Assembly (NCBI GenBank): GCA_038087875.1
Contig: CM075980.1
Coordinates: 74,958,001 to 75,022,000, forward strand
Direction of reading: 5' to 3'
DNA from: Malacoraja senta
Lineage: Eukaryota
Length of the DNA: 64,000 nt
A program made the translations under genes and the position numbers. Position 1 is the stretch's first letter, and the number at the start of each line of letters is the position of its first letter. Of this stretch, positions 37,735 to 51,613 are shown in pieces. Below the pieces are notes generated by a model. The model had not been told where the DNA came from and made no database searches. It was given only the letters and a program-made list of their open reading frames with translations.

Positions 37735-38140
37735 AATAGAACATAGAACAGTGCAGCACTGGAACGGGCCCTTCGGCCCACAATGTTTGTGTCGATCATG
37801 ATGCCAAGTTAAACTGATATCATCTGCTTGCACATGATCCATATCCCTCTATTCCTTGCACTTCCAAGATGCCCATATAACGCTTCTTAAATGCCAGTCT
37901 CGTATCTGCCGCCACCATTGTCCCTGGCAATGCCATCCAGACCCCCACTACTCTCAGCGTGAAAAAAAAATGCTTTGCACATCTCCATTAAACTTTCCCC
38001 CTCTCACTTCATAGTTGTGCCCTCTAGCGTTTGCCATGTCCACTCTGGGTGAAAGGTTCTGATTGTCTACCCTATCTATTCTTTGCATAATTTTATATAC
38101 TTCTATTAAGTCTCTCCTCAACCTCTGATGTTCCAGAGAA
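37735..38140 (-). mobile_element. CR1 3' fragment
   Basis: (TGTTCTA)n tail and ggcccttcggccc stem-loop. Confidence 0.7.
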
Positions 38141-39203
38141 AGATGATCTCTAAATATCTACTGAAACCTAATGATCTCTAAATATCTAATGATCACTCTG
38201 GATCAATGCCTTACAATTCACCAAATGGCTTTCTTCATATAATTGTCTGGTGGTTAAACCTTGACAGTGCAGGTTACAAAATCATATATTGATTAAACCT
38301 ATATTCACCAGAGTTTTGAAGGTGGGGGGGATTTTCTAGAAACCTACAACATGATGGTGTGGAGTCCAAGATGTAGCATCACATTCTAATGATAAGAGTT
38401 AAGCCATTTAATACTGAAAAGAAGAATTAGTTTCTCCTACGGAACAGTGAATCTATATAATTCCCTACCACAGATAATTGTTGGAGCTAAATCATAAAAT
38501 ATATTCAAGAAGATGTTATGTATTGTTCTTGAGGTGAGAGGGATTAAGGAATATGGGAAGAAAGCAGAAACACGCAACTGAATTTGAATGATCAGCAGTG
38601 ATCATATTGAATAGTAGAACAGCTCGAAGGGTCAAATGGCCTTGTCCTCATTTTTGCATTTCATTTGAAAGAAGTGTCATGTTATTTATGCTCTTGTCAA
38701 CTTCTATCAAGAGCTTATATTTATCCCAGTGTGCTGCGAGTATTTTCTGGATGAGCAGACACCAAAATGACATGTTTCCGTGAAACTTCTCTGTGGGAAT
38801 CCTCGATATCAAAAATGAACCCAAATGAAAAGGAGGAATTTAAATTCTGCATGCATTGCAGTGAATAGTTCTGAGAAATATAGTCATCATAATATCACCA
38901 GCAGATCTTTCAAATTATTTTCATACAACTGGAAGTGGTAACTCTCAGAAATGGATTATTAAAAGTATTCATTACACAGACCTCATTACAGTGTTTCATC
39001 TTTGTGAACAGCTTCTACATCTTGACCTCAAATGCTTCAATTTTTCTCATAATTTTTTCTCATAATTAATCAGAATTTAGCTCTCATAAGCCTTTAAGAG
39101 AAGTATTACGGCTGTTAGTGTGAATGATTAATTGATTTTGAATTGTACTTCACCTCTTCACTTCAATCTAATTCATGTTTTACTTTAAAATATTTTTTTC
39201 CAG

Positions 39204-39309
39204 TTCAGCAGCCTCCTACTATAACGGAGCAGTCGCCCAAGAGGCATGTTGTGTATCCAACTGATGATTTCATTATCAAGTGTGAAGCCAGAGGAAATCC
39301 AGCACCCCA
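39204..39309 (+). CDS. L1CAM/CHL1-like exon, Ig1 first half: (V)[34 protein letters not shown]
   Basis: Acceptor tttttttccag| and donor |gtaagt. 106 nt, phase 1-2. Close to L1CAM [26 protein letters not shown]. Confidence 0.95.
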
Positions 39310-42017
39310 GTAAGTATTGCCATTTGTGCCATGTAATACAGTTGCCAGAGGAAGCATTGATCATCTACCGAACAAAATGGGGCTTAATGGTGTAAGATAT
39401 TTATTCACCTGGTTCATCTCCTTTGAATTGACTGCTATGGATGACGCTGAAGGTTTGTTGCAGAAGGTATTGCATTTGAAAGATTCAGGCCTCCCCACCA
39501 CATCAAGGCTGCAATTTACAGAGATACCTTGGCTATGATTGCAGCCTTGATGTGGAATGGAAGCTCGTGCTGTGCAGATGAATGTGAGAGTATTACACTC
39601 TTGAGTCCAACAACCCTATTTGGGTTATCCATGATGATAAGATCTTGGTGGAGATAGGGAGAGGGGAAGGGGGGGAGGGGGTGGGGGTCGGAATATCAAA
39701 CAATATCATATTTATCTTGTGCAAAGGATCATGTTGATGTCAATGAATACTCAAATAAATCATAGGCCAGCATCCAATAAAGATTAAAAGCACCTCAGAG
39801 CAGTACAATTCAGCAAACCCTCACAGTCAAATGGAAGACCAATGTGAAAGGGCCTGAGTCCTGCCTGAAGCTAGTACTGACACCTTGCTTCACCAGTGCA
39901 AGGTTGATTAATTAATATTGGTATCCAAACCTAAACATCAGTTGCCATAGGATGTTATAAGCAGTGACAGGTATTTAGAGTATTTGCATTGTTCTTAACA
40001 TATATTGCATTAAGGTACACAGATTTTAAGAGAAGCATGATTCATCCAATGGGTAACTAAGGAAATCAAACATGGTATCAAATTCAGAGAAAAACGTACA
40101 ATATTGTGAACATTTTTTGGTCAATTAGAAAAGTTTAGAAACCAGTAAAGGATTATTGAAGAAAAAAGTGAAAATGGATTGAGTAATCTAGCCAGTAAAA
40201 AATAAATCAGATAGGTCATAAGTAATAGGAGCAGAATTAGGCCATTCTGCCCATTAAGTCCACCCTGCCATTCAATCATGGCTGATCCATCTCTCCCTCT
40301 TAACCCCATTTTCCTGCCTTCTCTCCATAACCTTTGAACCCCCTGTCAGATAGTGGATTCAACAAATACTTAGCAAGAAAGGTAAACACCGATTCCTTTA
40401 AAGGATGAGATGGAAGTGAATGAAATAGCAAAGTCTTTGAACAAATATTTTGTTTCTGGCTTGACTGTGAAAACACCACTATAATAGTTGAACATCTGGG
40501 GACAAAAGAAGAGGGAAGAACCTGAAACTGGAGCAAAGATGATAGACAATGAATTAATGAATGAATGGGACAAAAGGCAGAACAATCTCCTGGATCTGAA
40601 TGGCTAAAATGTTAATTAAAAGTAGCTAAAGTGGATGGGTGTCGTGTGAACATCCATAATCCTGTACGTTCTGGAAAGATCAAATCAGATTGTAAAACCA
40701 TAAATGTATCTAATCCATGCAGGAGAGTTGCGGGGAAGAAACTGGGGAACGGTTACTATATTCTCACATTACCTTGATGCAGTGAAATGCTTTGGTTTGC
40801 ACACAATCTAGTAAAATAATACTATACATAAGCACAAATCATACATAAGTTCGCTGTGTGTCAGACGAAGTATAGCCCGCTGTTGGCTTCCGTCGTTGTC
40901 CAACATGTTGACAGAATTGTCGTCGTTTCTGGGGATCGCTAGGAGGAGGCTTCTGTCATGATCTCCATACATAAGTAAAGGTGTGCAATGACTATAATGT
41001 AAAAAAGTGGATATTTTCTGAGGCAGTACACAAAGTATCATCACGTTTCCAGCGGCACCTTGTAGCTTTCTTCAAATGCTTCAAATATTGAGTCTCATCT
41101 TGGCCTCAAAGGCCTGGTCAGTTGGGAAATCCAGGAAAATATTGAGATTATTAAAATTGTAATTGTAGATCAGTCAGAAATTAATAATCGATGCAAAGAG
41201 TTGGCATGATTTTATTAAAGGGAAATTGTGTTTAATAAATGTTTGCAAGTTTCTCAGAATGTAATAAAGGATGGACAAATGGGAGTCATAAATGGAGTCT
41301 ATTTGGATATCCAGCAGTCTTTTGAAAAATATCATTAAAATGGCGTGGTTTATGACAGTCACCAAAAAGGGGAAATTATTGTTGATAAGGATCAGTAGAT
41401 AAGGTTCAATTATTGTTGACCCATCCAGCCAAAGAAAATTTCACCTGGTCAAATCTCCCTTCAGATCAGCTACTAACCATGTGTTTACGCGTGAGTTTTT
41501 AATTTCAGTTGGAAATGATGCACCGTGTAGGTTAGGCAAAAATAACATATTTGGAACTTTTATGTTTATTAGCAACCAACATTAGCATTTCAAGCTTTAA
41601 GAAATATATATATATTGTGACAGGCATAACACTTTGTTATTGGCAAATATATATGATCTGTGTAATATATTGATTGTAATAAGCATGTCCTGTTGTGTGC
41701 AGGGATGGTATAACATTATACATATTTTTTATCTTTATTCTTAGCTGGATTTGTTTTATGTGATTTGATCTCACATTATTTTTCATTGCTCTGTACCAGT
41801 GGAAATAAACTGAGTAGTGGTTTTCGGGAGTAACATTATTTACAGTTACCGTTGTCCTTTTCAGCTTGGTGAAGTCTGATCAGTTTGAGGCATTTTAACT
41901 CAGCTCTGTATATTTGCTGTGAGACCAGTCTGGTCTGATATTTGAATGGATTTGTGATTCAAGAAGACATGGTATATATAAGATATTGTAATAAAACTTC
42001 CCTCCTTCGTATTCTAG

Positions 42018-42211
42018 TTTTCGGTGGACCAAGGATGGCAAAGAATATGATCCATCACAGGACCCCAGAGTGAATACAACTATAAACTCGGGGACATTTG
42101 TGATGAAAAACAACAATGGCAATTTGAACACTTTTCAGGGAAAATATCATTGTTATGCTAGCAATGAACTGGGGACAGCAGTATCTGAGGAAATTGTTTT
42201 CAGCACTGCAA
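42018..42211 (+). CDS. L1CAM/CHL1-like exon, Ig1 second half: (H)FRWTKDGKEYDPSQDPRVNTTINSGTFVMKNNNGNLNTFQGKYHCYASNELGTAVSEEIVFSTA
   Basis: Acceptor ttctag| and donor |gtaagt. 194 nt, phase 2-1. Ig motifs W-x-K-D-G and G-x-Y-x-C-x-A-S-N. Confidence 0.95.
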
Positions 42212-42499
42212 GTAAGTACTTCTTGATTTCAATTTTTGGCTTTGATTAATGGAAATCTCAGATTTGAAGCAATGACTTTTGAATTAGCATTAAGGATGCA
42301 ACACTTTTTCCAAGACTAGCAGGAAATCTATGAGGAGTTTTGAGGACCAAAGCAGCTCCAAAATAGCACATCAAGCGTCAGAACCTGTGAAGTAAGGTCA
42401 TAGTTTGTTGTAGAATCAGTCAGAGAGTTGAACAGCACAGACTTCAACCCTTGGGATCTTCATGTCTATTTCAGCCCTTTTGCCCATCTGCACAAAGTA

Positions 42500-42878
42500 G
42501 AAAGTACTGGTTGCTAAACACTTTAACTCCTTCTCCCATTCCCACATTGATCTTTCTGTCCTGGGCCTCCTCCATTGTCAGTGAGGCCCAGCGCAAATTG
42601 GAAGAACAGCACCTCATATTTCACTTGGGTAGCTTACACCCCAGCGGTATGAACATTGACTTCTCTAACTTCAAGTGGCCCTTGCTTTCCCTCTCTCTCC
42701 ATCCCCTCCCCCTTCCCAGTTCTCTGATCAGTCTTAGTGTGTCCGACTACATTTTATCTCTGTACCACCCACTCTCCTGACATCAGTCTGAAAAAAGGTC
42801 TCGACCCAAAACGTCACCCATTCCTTCTCTCCAGAGATTCCACCTGTCCCACTGAGTTACTCCAGCATTTTGTGTCTA
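42500..42878 (+). mobile_element. Short Penelope-like 3' fragment (end of GIY-YIG plus pLTR)
   Basis: SEAQRKLEEQHLIFHLGSLHPSGMNIDF, homologous to 30100-30420. An 11-bp TSD TGCACAAAGTA lies at 42489 and 42879. Confidence 0.85.
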
Positions 42879-44354
42879 TGCACAAAGTACTCAGCAGTTT
42901 ACCTGACAGGTCGCTATGCTTCCTAGTCACTGTTAATGACAGACAAACCGATGTGCCACATCAATGTACTTTGACTTCAAATAAATTATACATATGATAG
43001 TCCCAGCTGGAGAAGCACAAGAACCAGCTCGATATACCTACATGCTTTAAATGCTTAAAATACAAGGGTATAATTGCACACTGGAGTAATTTCCAAGCTT
43101 TGGGTTTGCTGATCCCAGACTAGATTTTCTGGACTCGGGAAGCAGAGTTATCCCCATGGGATATCATGGCATATGAAAGCTCCCCATATCTTCAGCACAG
43201 ACATAGGGAGATATCACAGCATCTCCCCATGCCATAAGATGCTATGATCTTGCAGCATCTCAGGAATAGCTCTGAGATGTTACAAGTTCTTTGTTTATTC
43301 CAAATGGAACAAGCAAAGAACTTGGAACAACTTAGAGCTAATGTGCTAAATACTTGTTGATGAAATGATGAAACAATGATGACCTGTGTGTTAATCAGAA
43401 GGATAGTATGTACAGCTTGTATGCGCTTACTATTGCTGTTCCACCCAAAAACGGGTCCCACATCCCAAAGTCATGTAGACTGGGTGGTTAATTGGCTACT
43501 GCAAGTTGCTCCAAGTGTCTATCTGGGGAAGGTGAGAGGGGAGATGATGGAAATGTAGGGAAAGAGTTCGCTGATAACATTTGTGGACAAATGCTCAAAG
43601 AGTTGTTATATTCTTAAAGGGTCAAATGACAACATCCTATATGATAGGGAAATATGACCATGGCCAAAATGTCCTTCAAATATAGGTGGTAAGCCATTTT
43701 ATTCAACTGTTGTAGCCCTGGTAAAAGTGCTGCTGTGTTGTTGAGAGGCATTATGTTCAGCACAGACATTGTGGGCTGAAGGGCCTATTCCAGTGCTGTA
43801 CTATGTTCTATCAATGTTTAATGTGTTTGTGGAAGTAGAAAGATACTTGAATTAAATTCATACAGGATGACTCTCATGTCCATGCTGATATGGCTAACAA
43901 AACTGTATGCCAATATTCTTGCGAAGCCGCTTAGCCTATAAAGAGTTAACACTGTTGTAAAATAATGGTGGAAAGAGCAAGGGAGATGCGATGTTTCCAT
44001 CATTCTCGGAATCTTTCATCTTTCTTTACATCTTCATTGTCATGTTAAACAAAGATGCAACCCATTGAAAGGCGATGGAAGCAGCATATTCTTTCTAAAC
44101 ATGTAGGAGGACAATGGATAGGATTTTCTCAAAAGAATTTAGATGCACCGACGTTTGATAACAGGTTGGTTGAATCTGGGAGATTGATGTGAGCTTACCT
44201 TTTACATGTTGGAGCAGTGTATATGAATGGCAGAGGGTCTTGGTGAGTTATCTATTAATCTTGAAAAAATTAGTACAACACCACTGTTGCATTTAATTAC
44301 ATTGAAACCAGGTAATTTAGATTCAAGTTATCAGTTTTAATACAAACATTTGGA

Positions 44355-44645
44355 AGGCACTGTGGCGAAGCGGTTGAGCTATAAATCTGCCTTACATCGT
44401 TAGAGACCCAGGTTCGATCCTGACTACGGGTGCTTGTCCGTATGGAGTTTGTACGTTCTCCCCGTGACCTGCGTGAGTTTTCTCTGAGATCTCTGGTGTC
44501 CACCCACCCGCCGAAGACGTAGATTTGTAGGTTAATTTGCTTGGTATAAATGTTTCGATGTAAAATTGTCCCTAGTGTTCGGTGCGGACTGGGTGGGTCG
44601 AAGGGACTGTTTCCATGCTATATCTCTAAAACTAAAAAACTAAAA
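44355..44645 (+). mobile_element. HE1/V-SINE-type SINE
   Basis: ggttcgatcc B-box, V-domain and tail. Confidence 0.85.
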
Positions 44646-46633
44646 ATTTTAAAGTGTAAGTATGCATAACAAGAAAATGCATGTTATTTTCTTGTAATTT
44701 TCATGTTTATCGTTTCATTTTTGCAATTCCCAAGTACGATGTGATCTGGGTTCCGCTTGAAATGTCACGCTGAGCATCTGACAGGCTTGAGTAAAGTACT
44801 GTTGTATATCAATAGAAGTTCCAGCAAACCATCTGGGAATGTTCAGGGCCAAATATTGAATTGTTTTTCTGTTGATGGCACTGCAATTTGTGCCAGCAGA
44901 CAACCAGCAGCCTGTTAAAGTTACAACCGAACCAATGATGAGGGAGGTTTGTGTGTTAATGTAAGCGTGTCAAAGCAAACTCCTTCTTGGCCTGTGTGTA
45001 GTGTTCTAGTTGGCATCATTGCTCTGGTCTACCACAGGCATTTACTTGTGTGATCTGCTGTTCTTTATTGTGAATGAATCCGAACAGTGTATGAAGTAAC
45101 ATATTGACCTGCTCTTATAGATACATGTATTTTTGTACGAAAAGGCAAACAATATTATACATCATTGATCAGTGTAATAAATTTAATCCTATTCATTTAA
45201 ACTACTAATTCATTTAGAGGTCATTTGGTGTAAGGCAATGGTATTTAATTATAACTGAAATCATCACCACAGCACTCAAAATGTATCCAAATTTGTATTT
45301 TTATGGTTCACTGTTTCTGTCAATGTAAAGGACTAGTCAGTGATGGAGACGTGAGCCAAAAAGCAAATGCAGGCACGATGGACTGAATCGCCTTCTATGC
45401 AGTATCTTCCTAGGATTCCACGAATTGTGAAGGATATAATTTGTAAGGGTAGATCCACTGATGTTTTAATTTGTGAGAATTCAGAAAAAAATGATCACAT
45501 TATATTCTTCGTTAATCAAATTTTAGCAAGTATTCTGCTTTGTTTAAAATTCTGTTTTGGCTTCCTGCGATCACTGCATTCCTGTCCAAGGAAGCAGATG
45601 GTGATTCTGTTTCACCAGCCCTCTGCTGATGGTACGATTATCTGCTCGATATACATGCTCCAAAGTGACTTGTCCTATCAATTCAACTTCTCCCTGCAGT
45701 GCTTGAAATAGCTGATCCCCGCTTGCTGGTAACGGTGATTGGCAATTCACCAAAATAGAATTGCAAGTCAGAGATTAAACAAAGCCCTAAACATTTTTGG
45801 ATTAAAATGTTTTTATGACTGCCAGAACTTAAAAAGAGATGCCGCAGGGCAACATGGGTAACATAATATTTTCTAGAACTGGTCACAAATAGAAAATCTT
45901 GATTTGGATTTCACCCAAACCAGCATTTAATATTTGAGATGTTCATTGACGAATAAGAGTGTGGAAATATGATTCTGTGAAGTAAATGCTGGGCAATATT
46001 TTCTGCTCTGCATGAAATTGAAGCACATTTCAATTTATTCCTGAATATGTATATCAGCAAGAAGTGTTCAGTGTTAGATAACACCATTCAGGGCACAACA
46101 TTATGTATTTAATTTGAGGGTGACTGAGCGCATTGATTTGGCAATTAAATGTTCATGGATAAATATTATTATACTGCGCTGTTGATGTCAAAGGCAAACT
46201 TTTGAGCTTTTGTTTTGTTCTGAATGTTTTTGTCCTGGTTAATCGGTAGATTGGAGGGAGTTGTAATAATAACTAATTGCACATAGCATAGAATCATAAA
46301 GTGTTTATAGCACAGAAGGAGGCCATTCAGTTCATCCTGTCTGTGTTAGCTCACCACCAGAGACAAATTGTGCATTTAACTCGGAGATATTCCAAGTTAA
46401 ATCCTATTGCACCAGTTTTCCAGATGAATCTGATTGTACTTTTCGAGATAAATATAGCTTTCCTTAATTTTTAACTTAGAGTATTTTTGGTTTATGCAAA
46501 GGGCAGAGAGCACATGCCCAAGTACAATTAAAAATTTTAAATCGCCTTTCTCCCTTGTGTCTTTTTCCCAATGTCACACCTTGAAAGCAAAATGTGTACT
46601 ATTCCATAATTCCGTGAAAATAACTGACCAAAA

Positions 46634-46743
46634 CTTAGAAACCCAGTCTCTCGTGAGAGAGCCAGCCATAATTGTGTGGTACTGCAGTCTTAGAAACCCA
46701 GTCTCTCGTGAGAGAGCCAGCCATAATTGTGTGGTACTGCAGT
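46634..46743. repeat. Perfect 55-bp tandem duplication
   Basis: cttagaaacccagtctctcgtgagagagccagccataattgtgtggtactgcagt x2. Confidence 0.95.
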
Positions 46744-47244
46744 CTTTTCCATGGCATACATGGATGAAAGGACAATAATGATTACCTCGACCAAAAAGGA
46801 AAAACTATCAATGTGGATTTCTAGTTATGAGAAAATATCCTCTGATGAGATACTTCAGCTCCAACTGCCCACTTCTAGAGATTCAGAAAGATCTAAACAG
46901 AAAATGCTGGAGGGTCTCAGCAGGTCAGGCATGCATCTGTGGAGGGAATGGATAGGTAACATTTTGGGTTGCGGCCCTTCTTCAAACTAATTGGGCTGAA
47001 GAAGTGTCTTGGCCCAAAACTGTGCCTGTCCATTCCCTCCACAGATGCTGCCCGATCTGCTGCGTTCCTCCAGCATTTTGGCTTGTTCAAGCTTCCAGCA
47101 TCTGCAATTCCTTGTGTCTCCAAACACCTTTATGTCGGATAGAAAATGTACCATGAATTACCATGTCAGCAATGAAAGGGTACGTGTAAATAGAAAATCA
47201 GAAGGAAAGTTAGTAGTTTATTTAATTTCTAAATAAATAAATAA

Positions 47245-47270
47245 GTGTGTGTGTGTGTGTGTGTGTGTGT
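47245..47270. repeat. (GT)n microsatellite
   Basis: About 13 GT units read directly. Confidence 0.95.
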
Positions 47271-48361
47271 ATAAAAAAAAATGCTCTTTATAAAAAAAAA
47301 TACCGTATGTGTTTCTATGTGAGTGTGTGTTTCACGCATACACATATACACACATATCAATTTATTTATTTAGCCATTTATCTATTTATCTATTTATTTA
47401 TGTATTTATTTATTTAAATTGTGGGTGAAACTGGCAAAATCATTATCACTGCCCTCCTGAGTGATCTGGAACAGTTCGTGATGGCAGTTGATATCCCTGG
47501 AGTGAAGATGTGCCCCATCGGGCCATCAGCCAAGCTCAGTCATTGCTACTAAGATGGAGCATGGGTACCAGCATCAAAGACAGCAGGAACAGCAGAAAAA
47601 GGGGATATGGAGGGTGATGCAGAGTAGCAGGGACATAGCAAAGCAGTGAGATGTTGGGAAAGGGAGGGAGAAGCATTTTGTGTTTGTGCCTGAAAGGCTA
47701 TGTGTCTTATATGAGAAAATATTACCAGAGTGTGATGGAGTGAAAGCAAGAGATACAATGAAGAAGTCCATAGCTGCAAGGACTTGGTCTGATCAATTTT
47801 ACGAAGCTTTTTTTTTCAACACCAGGTCACACTAGTGACCTGTGTGGTGCAGACCTCTCTCACAGCCACCTGCCAATGTTGACTGCTTGGTGCCGCAAGG
47901 GTCTCCCCCTCCTCTCACTCCTCACCCCAACCCCTCAAAAACAGGGAAACATTCTTCTTGCAGGTGATGTGATCCTTCTGCCTCTCCAGGATCTGTGCAC
48001 CAAAACTGGGACGTGCTCCCTTCCCTCTTTGCACTCCCTCGTGTAGCCCTGTGGTAGTGATCAGAATTTGCCATTTGCTGGTAATGTTACACATTTGTGG
48101 CTTTAGTGATTAAGTAGTGGGTTTGCCCATTTGCTTCTAAATGTCAGCAGCTGGATGAAATTTGAGTTTTCAGTTATACTGCTGTTTTTGAAATGGTATG
48201 GCAATTTTTGGATCTTTCTCAATATATCTCAATTAGCATTGTACTAATTTCAGAACAAGAAATATAATTGAGATGAACTGCGGTGCGAAAAATATTAGTT
48301 TCTGCTAAATTTTGCTCTAAACAGAGCATCTACTTGTCCACGCTAGGTAATGTTTCTACCT

Positions 48362-48560
48362 CCGTGTAGGTTTTCTCCGGTATCCTCCCGCACTCCAAGT
48401 ACGTACAGATTTGTAGGTTAATTGGCTTGGTAAAATCGTAAATTGTCCCTAGTGTGCATAGGATAATGTTAGTGTGCAGGGATCACACATTGGCATGGAC
48501 TCAGTGGACAGAACGGCCTGTTTCTGCGCTGCACCTCTAAACTAAACTAAACTAAACTAA
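48362..48560 (+). mobile_element. 5'-truncated HE1-type SINE
   Basis: V-domain end and (CTAAA)n tail. Confidence 0.75.
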
Positions 48561-50544
48561 TTCCGATATACCGAATATTTCTGTCATCTTCATCAGTGTA
48601 TTTTTAATTGGGATTTTTCCTGCCAAATTTTGATCTTAGTAATTAGTTAATTTCTATTTGTTTGTTAAAATGGGAAATGATAATGGCAAATTAAATGCAT
48701 TTCCATTTCCGGTCAATAGTAACAATAACAAGTACTTCATGCTTGCAGGAGTAAATACCTTTCTCCTCTACTTAATGACAAGCTTAATTCTAACCTTAGC
48801 AGAATAACTTTCTTCCATTCTCACATCAGTGTTGTGTATTTAAGTGTGAATTAGTCTGAATGGTGAAAGATTTAGAGGGAATCATATCCTATTGTCTCTC
48901 ACCCACTGGGACATGGATTGGAATCCCTGTGAACCCTTCTTTTTCAGAAAACTCTTACAAAGGAAGAAACATGTGCCTGGGCAGGATTTAACAAGCAACA
49001 AAGTAGTGAAAGTGTTGAGAATGAACCTGCTGTTACAGCATTCTCAGTTAAAATAAACTCTTTTAGTATGAAACTTGAAAAGAGTTTCAATACTATTTGC
49101 TGCTTTATGCTTGTGCAGTGAAAAATTACTTCAGCGATTTGGAACTGATAAATTTGTTTCCCCTCTTAACTTCAGCAATACCAATAAAAACAATAATGCA
49201 GAAGGAAGACTTAGTTTTGAAGTTTATTTTACTCTCAAACTAATTGCCCAGAATGTCTTGGATGGCCCCTTTCTATGCTGCCACGAAGCTACGATTCTGT
49301 GACATTTCCACAGTACACTTTACATGCAATGAGAAGGATTGTTTCTTTGTGACTTTGGACTTTACACCCTGCAAAATCTCACTTTTAGCGTGGACAAACT
49401 TATATTTCTGCACTGTATTTTTCTTTCACTGTCTTATAGAATTTAGGACTCTTTTATTTGTCTTTGTATTTTGCATTTGCGTTTAATCTTAGTAAAGATA
49501 TTCCTTAAGGACCATGCTGTATCGTTATAGGTAGCTATATGTCACTCCATTCCACATCCATGCCATCTTTAGCAGTCTGAAGAAGGGTCTCAAACCAAAA
49601 CATCACCCATTCCTTCTACCCAGAGATGATGCCTGTCTCGCTGTTACTCCAGCATTTTGTGATTATCTTTTCCATTATCTGTATACCTCTCCTTCCTCCA
49701 GTAAGAATCTTTTTTCAATCAAACACCTTGTTATGCAGCTTACGTTCAGATTTGGTTTGATGTTCTCCATTGTGAAAAGCATTTTACCATTAAAAGCACT
49801 GTATAATTGCAAGTTGTGGTGCTGCGTTGTAACAGTTTGTTTAAGTATCAACCTCTTTGTATTTCCCTGGCGTCGCACTTCTCCTTCTGCCTATGTGAAG
49901 TGCCGTAGGACTTCTAAAAAATGTGATTACTTTATAAGTACACGTTGTGGATGTATTCAAAGGTTACAAAGGAAACATACAAGTTATTTTTAATGACTTC
50001 CATCAACATTAAACCTGAATTATTCATTTACAACTTTTTAACATGCAGTGACTAGAAGAAAAGGGTGTGCACACAGAAATAGAACATTTGCAAATCAAAT
50101 CAAATTATCCAGAACAGTTTTCTAAAATATGCTGCTGCTTTTCAGATGGCAATATGCAAAAAAATAGAAAAAGGATAATTTGAACAAAATCTTTGTAGCT
50201 TTTCAACTTAAAGAACATTACAAATAGACCCTCTTAATTACAACGAACAAGAAATTATTGGCTACCCAACAATTTCTATTGCGGCATCAAACTGTGCCTT
50301 AACTATGTATCTGGATGCAGCGAGCTATAACATTAACGTGTAGAAGAATCTGAATCTGTAAGTTGAACAGTTCGCCATTGATTTCTATTCAGGTGCATAT
50401 TTTGTTTTTCATTACCTTTGCCTTGTACCTCATGCTGAGTTCTGTGTCTGTTTCCTCTCGTATTCTATATTTGGTAGACGAAATGTGCATTTTCAAAATT
50501 ATATTTCATGGCAAATAACATAGAATAATAATTTGTTTTCACAG

Positions 50545-50667
50545 CTATCCCGAGATTCCCTAAGGAGAGCATGAAACCCATTGAGGTGGAGGAAGGGGAG
50601 TCTGTGGTGTTACCATGTAACCCTCCCAGTGGGCCACCACCATTAAATATTTATTGGATGACCAGCA
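50545..50667 (+). CDS. L1CAM/CHL1-like exon, Ig2 first half: (T)[40 protein letters not shown]
   Basis: Acceptor ttttcacag| and donor |gtaagt. 123 nt, phase 1-1. Matches L1[21 protein letters not shown]. Confidence 0.95.
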
Positions 50668-51315
50668 GTAAGTACTGTCTCTTATTTAATGATAACAGAT
50701 TCTATAACCGGTTGCTCAACTAAGTTGTTAAATTCTATCTGCTTACCATCTGGCAATTTCATTAAAACATTTTTTTGGCCAATTGGACTTTCTTGCCCAT
50801 GTGAAATTTTTGTGGCTGTCATGAATAAAATAAAAGTCACGTAAAAGGAAAAGGCTGAAGTCTAATTGGTTTCCATTTTGCAATCGTTCTCGTGTCATTA
50901 TAAAATCACATTAGTCATCTGAAGCAAGTAAAATATTACAATGTAGATATAGGGTAAAGTCAGGTTAATAATTTGAAGTGAATTATGAGGGCATAAATGG
51001 AAATTAACATGATTTAAAGGTAAAATGAAAGAGTCATGAATATATGGAAATATCTATCAGACAGCCCCCACTGCTACACCCTCTGTGCTTAGTGTGGACA
51101 GCTGCCTCACTCAGCAAATTGTGAAGTTGCTGGGAAATGAGAGCAGTTCCTATACTGAACTGCTGTCATTTCCTAGTGGAAGTGCTACCAAATTCAGGAT
51201 GAGTGCAAAGGGAGGTACTGAAATCGTATGGTGCTCCCTAACTGTTTTTCTAACTGCTCTCCAATTTTGATGAGGATAGACTTGTTATGTTTTATTTGTT
51301 CCAATTAACTCAGTG

Positions 51316-51613
51316 GAGCACAGTGGCACAGCTGGTAGACCTGCAGCCTCACAGCACCAGAGACCAAGCCAAACTTTGGATGCTGTCTGTGTGCAGTTTG
51401 CATGTTCTCCCTGGGACCGCGTGGGTTTCCCTCGGGTGCTCCGGTTTCCTCCCACATCCCAAAGATGTGTGGGTTTGTGGGTTAATTGATCTCTGTAAAA
51501 CTGCCCCAAGTGTGTGGGGAGTGCATGAGAAAGTGGGATAACATAAATCTAATGTGAATGGGTTGATGGTTGCCGTGGACTGGGCCTGTTTTCATGCTGC
51601 ATCTTTAAACTAA
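51316..51613 (+). mobile_element. HE1/V-SINE-type SINE (older subfamily)
   Basis: Well-preserved V-domain gtttgcatgttctccc...gctccggtttcctcccaca. Confidence 0.8.

Noticed and set aside
27505-39203. Search for the 15-nt neural mini-exon known from L1CAM
   Set aside because: Candidates (11 nt near 30639; 9 nt near 31362) have the wrong length or weak splice sites. Absence cannot be proven by eye.
43249-43286. 15-bp imperfect hairpin; similar short stems near 60292 and 60603
   Set aside because: Short enough to arise by chance; no supporting context.
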